Position numbers and translations under genes: made by a program. This document shows, piece by piece, positions 28,502 to 42,300 of a DNA stretch of 64,000 nucleotides. Under the pieces are notes generated by a model that saw nothing but the letters and a program-made list of their open reading frames with translations, was not told where the DNA came from and did not search any database. Location: the NCBI GenBank assembly GCA_965153285.1, contig OZ229111.1; one strand, given 5' to 3'. Numbering within the stretch: the stretch's first letter is position 1; every line of letters starts with the position of its first letter. The DNA comes from Podarcis tiliguerta (Eukaryota).

Positions 28502-28620
28502 GTTATAGCCAGCATTAATCCTACTCAGAGTAGACTCGTTTAAATCAATGGACCTTTAAGTTAGACATGGCCATTAATTCCAGTAGTTCAGCTCCGAGAA
28601 GGATTAATGCTGGCTACAAC
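28502..28620. mobile_element. Palindromic MITE-like repeat
   Basis: Outer arms gttatagccagcattaatcct / aggattaatgctggctacaac match at 20 of 21 positions. Confidence 0.75.
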
Positions 28621-30834
28621 CCAATGTTATATATGCACAGGGACTGGGTTTTAAAAAGAACTAGGAGTCAAAACAATCAGGAAGCCTTTAGGAAAACTTA
28701 ATTCCAGTGTCACACAGGGTCCTTCCTGCAACATTTCCTAGCCAGCAAACTGCCTATAATTCTCAGGCCTTGCATCCCTCAAATATTTTGTCCTGTGCCT
28801 AGTAATATAACTGTTCCCCATCTCTTTTGCAGTCTTCACATAATGCCTCCCATTATATACATCTCTGTAGCCACACGTCCCATCCTCTATTTACCTCTAG
28901 GTTGGGGGAAGAAGAGTGAAGGAAGCCTGGGAGAATTGTGTTCCTGCTGTAGCTGCAGAGACAGCCAGGGGCAGGGTCTGATTGCACAGGGCTCCCTAGG
29001 AGGATCAAGTAACTGCTGAGGCAGCGTTTTCCCCATCTTCCAATCTCAGTCAGGCGGCCCTTGCTGAAAAAAACCAAGTTCTCGATGTCACCCCAGGAGT
29101 TCCACACACACACACCACTACCTCAAGGTTAAAGCAGGGGACACAGACCACTTTATACATTGACATATGAAGATACTTCAGGGGGGTTAAGCCCCACTAC
29201 AGTTCCGCTATATGTTGCACTCAAAACTGACATATGACAAAGGTACAAGGTCCTTTTCTTCCCTGTTTGAACGTTTGGTTATTTTTAGCATTTTTTGGGA
29301 CTAGCTGGCATACAAAGTTGAGGGCAGGGAAGCTCTGAAAAGTCAGCTGAAACTAGTTTCAGACCTAACTAACCCTATAACTGCATTCTTTACCAACCTA
29401 ACTACCAGGGGCATTGCTTTGTAGACCCAGAAGATGCTTTTGTGCTTCTTTGCAGGGCAATTGCGTCTTCAATCTTAACAATATGCCAATCAAAAGGGCA
29501 GGAAGAAAGGAAAAATTAGGGGAAGAGGCAGAATGTTTTTGTTGTTGTTGACAGCCATCTGTCTCGAGATACTGTGCCTCTGGGGGTAAAGTCAACCCAC
29601 AGGAGAATCACAATGCCTGTTGTGGCTGCAGAGACCGGTAACTCCTAACTGCTGCCTCCTTGTTTTCTCTGTGTTAGGAGCACTGAAGTGCCCTCTCCAG
29701 GGTACAAGCCTGGGTACCGTGTATGAAGGTCCCTGGCTGCCCATTGGACAAAACTCCGTTCCCAGCCTTGCTGACGTAGAAAGCATGGTGTTTGGCACCA
29801 ACCTGGCTGCAGGAGGGAGGCGTATAAGACGCTATCCAACTATCTTAGGGATTTCAATCTGGATTCATGTAGGGTTTACTCCTTAGTATTTTCTTCTCCC
29901 ACAGATTTTTCCTCTGGGTTTACTCAAGAAGACTTTCTCATGAATGAATATAGCAGCAAGGCAGCAGAGGTTTAGGATTAGAGCTTCCTTCTCCTTGAAG
30001 GGCAACCTTCCCAGGTTGACAAGCCCCATCTGCCCCTCATTTCCCTCTAAGGGAGGAGGAAACTACCACCAAAGGAAGAAATTTTCTGGACACGAAGCAA
30101 ACATCAGGATTCACCAGAGACAAACAATTGGATGCTAAAGCACACCATCTCAGTGGTTTCATCTATCCTCCTGCCACATGTCCGTCCACACACTCACACA
30201 TGCAGAACTGCCCCAGCAGAGAACTCTTTAAAGCCTGCAATTTGGAACCTTAAAAGTGGAAGAGAAAATGGTAGAAGTGAGACACCAATCACTTCAGACC
30301 ACATATCAATCCAAAAGGGATGACAATCTGCCTGTGTCTTCTCTCAGTCTTCATGGCTACAAAGCCAAAGCCCTGACAATGTGAAATCTCTCACAATCCA
30401 TTTGGACTAGAGGCCGCCAGCCATTCTGGTGCCTCTTTTTATCGGAAAGAAGTCAGGAAATATCAAGAACAGGTGCTACTGCCCAAAAGGGAATGAAGTC
30501 TTACTGCTCCACTGAATCAAGAGTATGGGTGTCCTAACAGTTACAGCAGTGTGGCTGAGAGCGTAGATTGCTAGCTCAAGAACTTCAAACAGAGGTGTAC
30601 ACCAGGTCCTCTCTCTCAATGGTGTAGTCCAGCTTTTCCATATACCCAAGACATAAAAAAAGCACCAAGCTCCACCATTAAAAAGACCTCATGCTCTACA
30701 TTACACTTTTTCTGTACATAAATAATTCACAGCATCTGCCGAATCTGCATATCTGCAGTGGGGGAAATGTTTGTGCCACAGACATACTTTAAAGCACATA
30801 TATGTCTCCACACCCAGATTGTCTCCATGTAGAG

Positions 30835-30970
30835 CAAGGTTACCCAAACTTGGATCGCCTACTGTTTTTGGACTACAACTCCCATTATCCCTAGGTAGCA
30901 GGACCAGCGGCCAGGGATGCTGGGAATTGTAGTCCAAAAATAGCTGGAGGCCCAAGTTTGGGAAACCCTG
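30835..30970. mobile_element. hAT-type MITE, 136 bp (same family as 2263-2398)
   Basis: TIRs caaggttacccaaacttgg / ccaagtttgggaaaccctg. 8-bp TSD ATGTAGAG/ATGCAGAG. Shared core ctacaactcccat...gggatgctgggaattgtagt. Confidence 0.85.
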
Positions 30971-30998
30971 ATGCAGAGCAACCTTAATTCATGAAGCA

Positions 30999-31615
30999 TA
31001 GAATCATAGAATCATAGAGTTGGAAGAGACCACAAGGGCCATCGAGTCCAACCCCCTGCCAAGCAGGAAACACCATCAGAGCACTCCGGACATATGGTTG
31101 TCAAGCCTCTGCTTAAAGACCTCCAAAGAAGGAGACTCCACCACACTCCTTGGCAGCAAATTCCACTGTCGGACAGCTCTTACTGTCAGGAAGTTCTTCC
31201 TAATGTTTAGGTGGAATCTTCTTTCTTGTAGTTTGTATCCATTGCTCCGTGTCCGCTTCTCTGGAGCAGCAGAAAACAACCTTTCTCCCTCCTCTATGTG
31301 ACATCCTTTTATATATTTGAACATGGCTATCATATCACCCCTTAACCTCCTCTTCTCCAGGCTAAACATGCCCAGCTCCCTTAGCCGATCCTCATAAGGC
31401 ATTGTTTCCAGGCCTTTGACCATTTTGGTTGCCCTCCTCTGTACACATTCTAGTTTGTCAGTGTCCTTCTTGAACTGTGGTGCCCAGAACTGGACACAGT
31501 ACTCCAGGTGAGGTCTGACCAGAGCAGAATACAGTGGCACTATAACTTCCCTTGATCTAGATGCTATACTCCTATTGATGCAGCCCAGAATTGCATTGGC
31601 TTTTTTAGCTGCCGC
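30999..31615 (-). mobile_element. 5'-truncated CR1 LINE with uninterrupted ORF2 C-terminus
   Basis: ORF 31076-31624 has CR1 motifs ([53 protein letters not shown]). The (ATTCTATG)n octamer tail is at 30999-31018. Confidence 0.95.
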
Positions 31616-33901
31616 GGTGTACACCTCTGTTTGAAGTTCTTAAGCAGCTGTGACAAAGCCACTCCTCCCAATACCTTGTATCTCCTATAATTCAGTCTCC
31701 TATAAGAAGTAACCCACTTTGGCTGTTCAAACAAAATATCTGTAATCTTTGAATGATGAGGCCTATAAGATCAGTCTTAAGGCCACCTCATGGGGTGTGT
31801 TCTCTCTTAAAATACTGATATATCGCTTCGCCTGCTGTCTAGATGAGCTGTCTTTTCTGAGGAGGTCTCATATTTAGAGCAGAGAACAAAGTTGGCTAAG
31901 ATGAGTTTTTGCTTCAAAGTGGCAGAGTCTAGATTGTTCTTATTGAACAAAACACCTAGATTTCTGTAATACAACAGCTACGACACTACCTTGGGGTTTC
32001 ACAGTTTTCCTAGTGCTGAGCTGAGAAGGCTACAGACTAAAAAAAGCTCCAAAACCAACTCTATTTACCGTACCTTCCTAATAAACAAAACAACTCTTCT
32101 CTGCTTATGTGGGGCCTACACTGTCTTAATCACATGTCCTAAAAATGACCTTCAACCTGGCCTCAGGCCAGTCTTTGCAGTCCAGATTTACTGAACTAAA
32201 AATCAGTATCTTGCTTGTTCTCAGTCTGCGGGGATTAGACGTAGATACCAGTTTCCCTGTGCTAGAAAAACATTCCACATAGACAAGATGACTCCAAGCA
32301 GGGCAAGATGAAGAGCAAATTCAGAATGTTCGATCAACAGAGTAAAGCTCCTGCCACCCCACATCCGTAATTAGCATGTTGCGCACCAGTCCTTTCCTAA
32401 GCTATGCTTCCAAGACACAATCTTAAGGGCCACAACCCAACACTTCACACATTATGCTTTTAAGATATACATATTAAAAAATGCATGTTAAGTATGAATG
32501 GGTTAAACACGTTTTCACACATGTGTCATACATGTACTGTACACCTCCTCAGGGACACAGAATTGGCTATTGGGTGCTCCTATAGCAAACCCGAGTCCTT
32601 TTTTGCAGCAAAATGTGCAACGTTCTCAGCTGAGTTTGATGAGCACATGCTGACTTCCACTAATGCACACCTGCATCTATTATATACTCTGTTTGTACAA
32701 GGATTTTGTTCTTCCCAAGAGACTAATACATCCAATGCATATACTAAGCCACTGCGTGCCTTCCTCTCTACATTCACATTCAAAAGACACTACACTGACT
32801 TCTGTACTAGAAAATACTTATAAGCTTTGAAAATTAGAACCTTCGTCAGGGAGGGGCAAAAATATCAAAGGTGGAAGCAACTCAAAATTCAAGCCATTCC
32901 TTAGTTCAGACCCCAGTATCAACATGCCTTGGGTAAAGAGGAGCCCCCTACTTGATTAGGTGCTTCCTAAAAAATTCTGCTAAGGCCCTAAATACAATTC
33001 TGCCTGGTAGAAGATGCAGTTATTGCCGGCTGTGTTTACACAGGGAATAGCCAGCTGTAATTATAGGAACGATGTTATGATAACAGGAAACCCATGCCCT
33101 GTGGAGATATTGAGGAGAGGCATACAGCTATTTGCTAATTACCAGCAACAAGAACCCTTTGTGTAGCTGGGGAAGGATGAGTTCCCTCTACTTTGTGGAC
33201 TTAGGCCCACAGATGTTTTAAATCATCCACATCAGAGTTATTCTGCAGTCTCCAAGGCGTATGCACAGTTATCAGAGTTCTTTGGTTCTTGCTGACAGAG
33301 CAGAGACATCGTCCTCAGGAATTTCCCCCCAAAATGCATCTGCTTAGTGTAACACAGGCAAATGTGTGTGGCAAAACTGCAGAAGCTAACAAGAAAGTAG
33401 CAAAGCAACTTCATGGCAAAGGCAGGTAGAGCAGAAATGATGGCAACCTCAAAAAGGCTGGCAAAGGTCCTCTAAACGAGAAGGAAGCCTGCTCTAAGGA
33501 GACCTTTTAAAGAGACCAGCTGAGTCTGCTATTTGCTATTTTCCCTACAAGACTTGCTGAAGACATGAAGAAAAGCAATCTGGCTTTAGCACATTGCACA
33601 GAAAAAGGCACTTGACATGTAATATTGGCCTGTATTTTTAAAATATTTCTGCCCCAGGAGAGATTGTACAGAGGGTAATACTTTTGCTGAAAGAGCAGAT
33701 GGAAGGGATACTAGAAAAAAGCAAGTAACAGTTGTTCAAGGTCAAATCCTTCCATACAGAAATAGCTCCAAATGTTATGAAGAAATTGTGCACATTCTGC
33801 CCCTTCCATTCCATTGCTCTCACCCTCTGGCTTTTGCCCTCTTATGGTCCAAGCAACATAACCCTACAAAACCCCAGAGAAAGAGCTTCATTGCCCCCTA
33901 C

Positions 33902-34084
33902 CTTTTTTATCCTGCCTCTCCGTGTCCCAGCAAAGACCACGGTGTGCCCACGGTAGTCATACGCAGCCACTGATGTCATGCCATCCTCCTTGTCCACAAA
34001 GAGCGGCACACCTTCAATGGTGACTGTTCCACCCAATGGCTGGTTAAAATCCTGACCACAGAAATTGTCATCAATTTGCAGGGG
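33902..34084 (-). CDS. PLXNA1: Plexin-A1, second coding exon (183 nt, 61 aa: [61 protein letters not shown])
   Basis: Acceptor cctttctctcccacAG|CCC and donor AAG|GTAGGG, phase 0 on both sides. The peptide continues the plexin-A Sema domain directly after ...GCINS. Confidence 0.95.
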
Positions 34085-35702
34085 CTGTGGGAGAGAAAGG
34101 GAAGAAAGAGATTAGCTGTTTGACAGCATTCCAGCATATAATGCAAATGGCTGTGAATGCAAAAACGGTACAGAAATCTGCAAAGTCACCACAGATACAA
34201 AAACATATAATTCTAGTGCAGTTGCTGATGGCTTCCTTAGGAACGCATGTGTAAGGCAGTCACAGGTGAGAGAACTCTCTTAAAAACCCTCTTCCTATTC
34301 CTTCCCATGAATTTCAAGAGGCCCGTGCAGCCTCTCACTCCATCAATGTTCCTTTAAAAAATTCCACAATTCCACAGGCACATATCAGGATATGTGGTAC
34401 ACCACTTCACCATCTAATTTCCACTTTCAGAAGAGTGCAAAACAAGGACATGGGACAGTTCCTAAATGTGGAAATTATCAAAGTGAAGGAATGAAACCAA
34501 AATAAAAAGGTAGCATTTCTGAAGTCCCTACATCTATATAAAATTACTGTAAAAATCAATACACTTGAATTAAACAAAAACAAAAACTGCTGGGATGCAG
34601 CAAGTAAGAGACGCTTCACACACTTCATGGGAGAGGCAAATACATGTTAACATTTAGTGTGCACTGGCTTCTACCCCATAACAAGGTGGCAACATTGCTT
34701 TTTAAGTGCGTATGAACTGTAGGAACTAGCCCTGTCTCCTTGTAGTATGTTTTTGTGGTAAACACACCAATACAAACCCTATCTAGTATGCTCATTGCAA
34801 GGTAAAGTGAGCACAAGCTGCAATTTTAACACGGACCTGTTTCAACTGCAAATCTTTCTTTCAAGAGTGGCCTCAGCAAATTGCACAGTAGGTCACCAGT
34901 ATGCCAGGATCCTATTCTCTTGCATAGTTAGCACAATGCTCAGTCTACGCCTGTATAGGGCAGAGATGCAGCAACCTGAGGCCCAGTTCAGATGCAATAA
35001 CAGAGATGCAGTCCCAGGGGCTGCAAACAGGTTTTGCACCTGCAAACTCCTTCCTCACTCTTTCCTTGCACCCCCAGTTTTGGTGAAGATTTCTTTGTTT
35101 ACAAGCTACCTGGGTGAGACTAATTAACAACATGCTAATCAGCTTAAGAGACCGCCTTGCACCATGTGTGTCTACTGAACCTCTTAATTTGAGGAACTTA
35201 CACTTTTACAAGTGTCATATAAGGTTCGCTTTGCATCTGTGAGGCGTCAATCTTTTCAGTGTAGAAGCTTTGGAACTTGCCATTATCCACATCACATTAA
35301 GGCCAACTTTTGATTCAATCAAATACCCTAATGGCAGGTCATAGCAACCTTTATGCTCCTGTATCCTTTTCAATGGTTTACAGCTACATGAATAGTCCTC
35401 TTCAAGTTGAGACTGTAAATTGCTAGAAAAAGCAGCAAACTGACCAGGGTGTTGTAACCATTTAAAGGGCAACCTTCCATGAATGGAATAACCGTCACTT
35501 CCCCATATTCTTTGTTCACTTAATGTTTCCAAAAGAATGGTGACCTACATACCTACCAATTGTGCCACTTTGCCAAAGAGATAAACTACAGAAAACGGAA
35601 GTGATCAGCTACAGGTCTGGAGAGAGACTTTAAACCATATTTTCCCTCTTCAAAAGAAACAGTAGAAATCAGGAAATTTCTGCTGAAGCTGGACGTATGA
35701 AG

Positions 35703-35847
35703 CATCAGCATAACCACGGAGGGGGGCGGGGGGGGCAGCTGGCCCCCGAAATAAATAAAAATCAATATAAATACATAGCGAACTGAGGTTCTGCCCCCCT
35801 AACAAAAGGCCTGCCCCCCCCCAACAAAAATCCTGGCTACACCCACG
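35703..35847. mobile_element. Degraded hAT-like MITE
   Basis: Right end aaaaatcctggctacacccacg, degenerate left end, TATGAAG present on both flanks. Confidence 0.6.
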
Positions 35848-37450
35848 ATTATGAAGGGAGGAAGGATGGGGGGAGTGAAGAGGGAGCATGTGGGCACACA
35901 GCTTATTCTTGTTTTAATAAACCACAGTTGGTAATATTAGCTTGTGTTGCAGCAAATCTCTCATCTAATTAGTCTTCTCCAGGTGGAGAGAGATATAGAT
36001 CTGCTTCAGCTAATGGAGCACCTTTAGATAAAAGACCTCTGCTGCTACTTTGAGGCAGAAGAGTTCTATGTTTACCTATTACTATTATTAGTTTATTACT
36101 ATTATTATCATTACCACTGCCATTATTTATGCTGTAAAGTTCACCACACTCTGTACAAAAGATAACATAGGCATGCCCTTGCAGAATGGCTTACAATGGA
36201 CACAACACAAGGAAAAAGGGACAGGAGCAGAAAGGAGAAAATACACACATTCAGAGTTTAAGCGGGTTGAATGTCCACTGAAAGAATCTGTTCTTGGAGA
36301 TTAGAATGCTAGAGAGGGCCTAGCCATCTCTCCCTGCTTTATGACAGCTGCCTGGTGCCTAAACCTACTTTGAAACCACACAGTAAAGTGAGCGTAGTGT
36401 TGTAAAGGGTCTAAAGCATGTGGAAAAAAGTTGCCTGTCCTTTTACAGGGGCCAAGATACTGGGACTAGCAGCTGGTCTAACAAGAGACGAGGCCTTCCA
36501 TGCACATGTTTTAACCAGCACCACTTGAGGAATTCTTCTTGTCAGCTTTTATCACAGTCTCAAGGATTCATTGTGCAGCTCTTCGCATCTGTGCTACAGG
36601 GCCCAAGGGGAATGGCACTATATAATTCTGCACCTGTGTGCTTTCCAGTTCTCCCCCAGGTCACTCCTAAATAGGGAATGTTGTATCTCATGGGCGGCAA
36701 GAGGAATGTGCTTGCAAGCTGCAGACGCACACATGCAAACTACAGAATCCACCCATATTACATTCCTCCCTGTAGTTTCGCATGGACACCACGTTGCCCA
36801 CATCCTGTCCTAAGCTGCCGGCCCTTGTGTCTGCACAGATGTTAAACAACTCCTACATTCTGCCCCAGAGACAGACAGAGTTCAACAAGGGATGAGAGGA
36901 CTGGGTGGGGGTAGGATGAAGTGGACCCTGTTCACAGAACAGTTGCAAGGCTGTTCAGGTCTCTGGGAGACCAAGAGAGGTCTGCAGAATAGCTTTATAG
37001 AGTGTATTTTTAGCAAGCCATATCCAAAATAGAGAAGAAGCCGGCAAGGCTTATCTTCCCTTGCCTTTCACGCTAGTGACAAATCCTACGTGTGCCATAG
37101 CATTTATTGTACATACGTTTACTGATATGTGGCTTCTAAAACACTGGGGTGGGGTGAGGGGGAGAAGGTGTGTTAGCCCGAAATGCCAAAACAGTGGAGG
37201 GCAGTTTTAATACTCCCAATCCATCTGCAGGCCCTTGCAGAATAAACTAATTTCGTTTCAGCTGTAAACTTCCTTTCTGTATTCAACCAGCTAGGCTAGG
37301 CCAAAGGACTATTGTTTGCAGGGTCACAAAATTCCTGCAGAGACAACCTTACCTATGCTTGATCAGAGAGAGGGAGAGAAAGCAATCGTATCTTAGCATG
37401 CTTCCAGGCAGTTACCTCCCACTGTAACTGGAGTAGTAAAAAATGAGGTA

Positions 37451-37691
37451 AAGTGGTACCTCTGTTTACGAGCGTCTCGGAAGCCGAATTTTTTGGTCTT
37501 CGAACACCAAAAACCCAGAAGTAATTGCTTCCGTTTCTGAACATGCCTCGGTAGTTGAACGGCTTCCACTGCGTGTTTTTCAGTTTTTCCAATTGAACTT
37601 GCAGACAGCCCTTTGCGCCTCAGTTTTCAAACGTTTTGGAAGTCAAATCATGTACCGGAACAGATTACGTTTGAGAACCAAGGTACCACTG
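37451..37691. mobile_element. Tc1/mariner MITE, 241 bp
   Basis: TIRs (a)agtggtacct / aggtaccactg, TA flanks. Confidence 0.85.
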
Positions 37692-38985
37692 TATACAGGA
37701 AGAGTGCAATTAACACTGCCCAGATGGCCGGGGGGGGAGGGAGGGAGAGGCAGGTAGGGCGGCTTCACCACAGCAATGGCTTAAGCTTTGCCCAGGTTGG
37801 CAGTGAGCTCCCACTGAATGTATCACAGTAGAAAGTCCCGGAATGGGGCACTGTGAGGCAGGGGACTGGCAGCTTTGGATTCAAAGCCCCATGAATTTCT
37901 CAAAAAGCCCTCAGCAGTACAAGCTTGAAGCTAGTGCAGAAGAGCACAGCAGAACAAAGAAACCTGCCCTCCAAAGATGGCCACCACATGGGAATGAGGA
38001 AGCAAAAGTAGGATCCAAGGGCTTTCTCAAACTGCAAACAATTTGAGAAACAACTCTTTCTCAGAACTCCAAGCAGCCCAAGAGGGTTGCCATGAACCAG
38101 GGTGTGAGTTGGAAATTTCCTGGTACCACCTTCTAAAAACTATATTTCAAGAAGGACAGGGGTCACCTCACGGCAGCCTGGCAATCTGGAATCATCAATG
38201 GCATCTGCTAAGGAGTCCAGCTGAACCAGCAAGCCAACATTTACCCCGGTGGAGTAAATCATCTGCCAAATCCATGCCAAAATGGGTCTAGATCACTGGT
38301 CTTCAACTAGTGGGCCAGGAGCCTGATCCAAGGTAGGTCACTACTGGAGCTCTACTATCATGCAAATGTATGGTAAAAGATTTAGAAAAAGGTCTCCAAA
38401 TGCATGTTTGGGTTAAAACTGGGTCCTGGGTCTGAAGGAGCTGAGGATAATGCCAAAAAGCCTAGCTGGCCCATGACTCACTTAAGCAGCTAGCCCAATA
38501 ATAGAACACTTCTCAGCAATTATCCAATATGATTGAATATGGTCGAAAAGTTCAACTATGGTCTTAATCAAGCTGCTGGGGGGGCTGCCTCTAGTTTTGT
38601 GTTTTTCCATGCTCTGCATGGCCACCATTTTGTGCTATGCCACACCACTCCCATAGCAGCCAACTTGTGACTGGTGCCCCCAGTACTCTCTCAAAATTCA
38701 TAAGCAGAATAAATTGTGCAATAAAGAGGCACATATAGGAAGATCTGCACAATTAATGCAGGTCACAGAATCAGTTTTTCTAGGTACAAAATCTGTGTTT
38801 CTTTATCACCAATTCTGATACTTCCAAAAACTGGTGCAGTCTTGTTTGTAGGAAAGTGATTCTAACTCTGTAGGAGTTTAGACTAAGAATAACTTGTATT
38901 GTTCTCTCCCAAGCAGCTGGAAGATGGCCAGGTAAAGTGGAATCCTAGTCTGCCCATACCATTTGTCATTTGGACATTATTATTA

Positions 38986-39229
38986 CAGTCATACCTTGGA
39001 AGCCGAACAGAATCCATTCCAGAAGCCCGTTCGACTTCCAAAACATTTGGAAACCAAGGCACAGCTTCTGATTGGCTGCAGGAAGGTCCTGCGGCCAATC
39101 AGAAGCCGTGGAAGCCACGCCGGACATTCAGGTTCCAAAGAACATTCAGAAACCGGAACACTCACTTCCAGGTTTGCGGCATTTGAGAACCAAAGAGTGC
39201 AAAGGTGTTCGGTTTCCAAGGTATGACTG
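38986..39229. mobile_element. Tc1/mariner MITE, 244 bp
   Basis: TIRs cagtcataccttggaagccgaac / gttcggtttccaaggtatgactg (22 of 23), TA TSD, inserted in a (TTA)n tract. Confidence 0.9.
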
Positions 39230-39231
39230 TA

Positions 39232-39262
<31 letters not shown>

Positions 39263-39310
39263 TTTAATTCATATACCGCCCTATACCCGGGGTCTCAGGG
39301 CAGTTCACAG
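39232..39310 (-). mobile_element. L2-like LINE extreme 3' end with microsatellite tail
   Basis: (tta)n(ttta)n followed by tataccgccc...ctcagggcagttcaca, the reverse complement of the L2 terminus. Confidence 0.6.
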
Positions 39311-42300
39311 ACATCAACCTAAAACAACCTATTTCACATTTGAAATGAGGAAACAAGGCCTGAAAGGGCCAAGTTGCCCAAACACACTGCTTTCTGACCA
39401 AAAGACAAAAAACGTTGGGCAAGATTTTTCTGCCTTTGCCTAAGCTGAACCCTAGTCTGCCAAGCTGACAGTTGCCTCCAGAACTGAGGTTCACCAACAT
39501 TTTGGTTCAAAAAAAAAGGAGGCAGGGAAACCGCAAGTGATTAGGGCCTGGAGAAGTCCTCTTCTTTCCTCCTCAGCCTTTTCATTCATATAGTATACCT
39601 TGAATGAGATCTTCCTTGCAAGCATCCCATGAGATGCCCCAGCCTAAGTCTGTCACAGATCATGGCACAGGGAGGAGGCAAGAAGGATGGCAAAATGTCT
39701 GCAGTTAACACACAGTGTGTATGCTCCCGTCGGCTTCTGAGGCGGGCCTAGCAGCTTGGTACTAAGAGAGGATGACAGGGAGATGTGGAGAAAACACCAC
39801 AAGGAAGGAGGGAAGGAGGGGTCAGGAATGGGGAAATTCCTTGAACCATGAAATCTGTTCCTATCTCCACCTCAGCAGGAAGAGAGCTGTTGCCATGACA
39901 ACCTCTAGTCCAGCAGTCTCTGGCCATGAATTTCAGGGTCTGGGGGATGCAGAGAAAACAGAGAGGAAGACCGAAGAGAGAAACAATTGAAGTACTCAAA
40001 TACCATGAATGGCAATGTGTGAGTTGAAATAACCACAAGGTGCACACCAAAAAATCCTGGGCTCTGCTAGTTCCAGCAGAATACAGCAGTACAGTAATGA
40101 AAGAGATACAGTTCGCAGCAATCTTCAGTGGGTTCACTGCACACCCAGAACGGACAACTGCCAAGCCAAGCCGAGAGAACACTGCTAAAAGAAAGGGCCC
40201 AGATGCACTCAGAAGTACACAAGTTCCTAGCAAACAGGGAATTGCATCCATGGGCATTTAAATTTGCAGGCTGAAGTGGAAGTGCAAAGGGGGCAGCTTT
40301 AGTCAGCAATGTAGTAAGAGCATCACACCTAGGACTTGTATATGTGCACACATTCCTAAAAAAACACATATTGAGGGTGGTGAATTAATTGGCTTTGAGA
40401 AATATTTGACAAAGTTGTACACTATATATGGATAGCAAGCCACTTAGCTGTGCACAACTCTCAGCTCATTTGTCACTATTGCACCTCCTTGCCTTTTCTT
40501 TTATGTGCTCACTGCCAAACCGCACATTCAGGGCAGAAAAGTGGCGTAGCCAATCTGTAGCCAGGCCTAACCCATACCATACAGGCTGCAGCTTGCACTG
40601 TCCTGAAGGTTCTGTACCCACCAATGATATAATCAGCATGCACCAGTCCCTAAAAGTCAGCCCAGAGCAAGGGTACATAGGCTGCAACCCAATGCACACT
40701 TTTAGTGGGACTTGAGCATGATGTGCGTAAGTTTACAATCGCCTAATTTTGGATGAAAGCTAGACACAGGTACAGAGATCCAACATCCGTATGGAATTTC
40801 CCACACCTCTAATTTTTTCATACCAACTCTGATTTACAATACAATCCACCAGAAGTACTATCTAGGCAGGATGTGAGAGGCGACAGAAGCAGAATTCTAT
40901 TTCTGACAGAAATTTTCCAGATAGTTTAAGCCTGACACATAGCTTTCAAATAGATGCTCGTTACTGAAGCTTGCGTGACTGCCTGCTTGTGTAAATCTTT
41001 GCCTGAAGCCAAGCAGAGAATAGGAGACCCAACAATATCAACAAGGGGAAACTACAGAGACCGGATTCCCTCCTTCTTTTCCTTTCAATCTCTGTGGCAG
41101 TCGTGAATAGCTGGACATAAGGGAGTAGCTATAACGGGGGGCGGGGGGAGACTTAATACGGATTCTTAGGGCTAAATGTTCCTAGGCTTCCTCAAAAGCT
41201 TAAATATCACAAGCTTCATAATCTAATCATTAGAACATTCCTAAAAAGTAATTGTAAGTAACAAGCACATGGCTCCTTCCTGCTGAAAACAAATACACTC
41301 AAAACCTTACTGTGATATTCCCAAATGGCACCAAAATCCAAATAAATAAAAGGTCACTTGTGTATCTGTTAAATCTAACTACTACTATAAATCCCTGGCA
41401 ACGGAATCATGATTTCTGAGCATTTTGTAGGCTGGCAGTGCAGGAAATGGATTAGAAGTAAACAAAAATTGGTGCTAATACAAACACAGCTTTGGGGCAA
41501 GAATGGACACTTTGTGAAGACGAACCATTTATTTTCGCATCCTATTTGTATCCAGCCGGGATGCCTTTTTAACCATCCAGTTATGTGTGGTCTTTCAGGC
41601 CCAAACCCCTGCTTGCTTTCCTCTGGGTTGTTTTCCTCCCGCCCTTGTACTGCCAAGCATAGAACAATTCCTCTCAAGTTGTGCAGTTAAAGGGCCTCAG
41701 CAGGCAGCCACACAACTGCAACAGTCACTCACAGACCCGCACCTTTGAAGGCAATAACAGCTAACCCCTGACCCTCTGCACTTCAGTAAACAGGGTGATG
41801 GAGAAAGCAACTAAAAACAAAATTCAAAAAAAAACCAGGGAAGCTGAGGAAGCCTACTCAGACCCAGAAAACCAATTCACAGCTGTGACTCCTTTTGCTT
41901 GCTCAGCTGTTCCTGAATCCCCATAGCTCATTTTAACAGAGGTTTGTGATGAGGAAGCAGCAAATAATAAATAGTAGTAATTAGGCCTGAGAAATAATTC
42001 ACAAAGTCGACAGAAGGGGACCACTTTAGCTGCAGACAGGAATGACACCTTTCCCGGTTTGGTGAGGAGGAAGAGGACGCTGCCCAATTGTTTATTTATA
42101 CACATTAATTAATTTTAAAATACGCAGCTCTAAATTTGCCGACATTCAGAAGACAAATATTTTTAAAAACTTAAAAGCCAGGGCAGAATGCAATAAAGGC
42201 ATACATAAAAATGTAGAAGTAATACCTAATTGTTCTGCATAGTTGAATGCAGGGTCACATCTTAATGTGAAATATGCAGTCTAAGAGAAGCACAGGGCGG

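Larger units (their letters stand above)
1..33901 (-). other. PLXNA1: PLXNA1 intron after the 183-nt exon, probably running past the window start
   Basis: GT donor at 33901-33900. I could not find the next expected plexin exon (ILVDL...AMTEKQ-like) by eye, but a short exon could be missed. Confidence 0.7.

Noticed and set aside
31076-31624. 182-aa ORF as an independent gene
   Set aside because: It is a truncated CR1 ORF2 whose start codon comes from the junction insert.
33842-33901. Read-through of the 183-nt exon donor ([19 protein letters not shown])
   Set aside because: A 19-codon open run is expected by chance, and I saw no nearby poly(A) signal.
38939-39461. Direct repeat gaa(t/c)cctagtctgcc about 500 bp apart around a MITE and L2 tail
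   Set aside because: It does not abut element ends, so it is not a TSD. It is too short to interpret.
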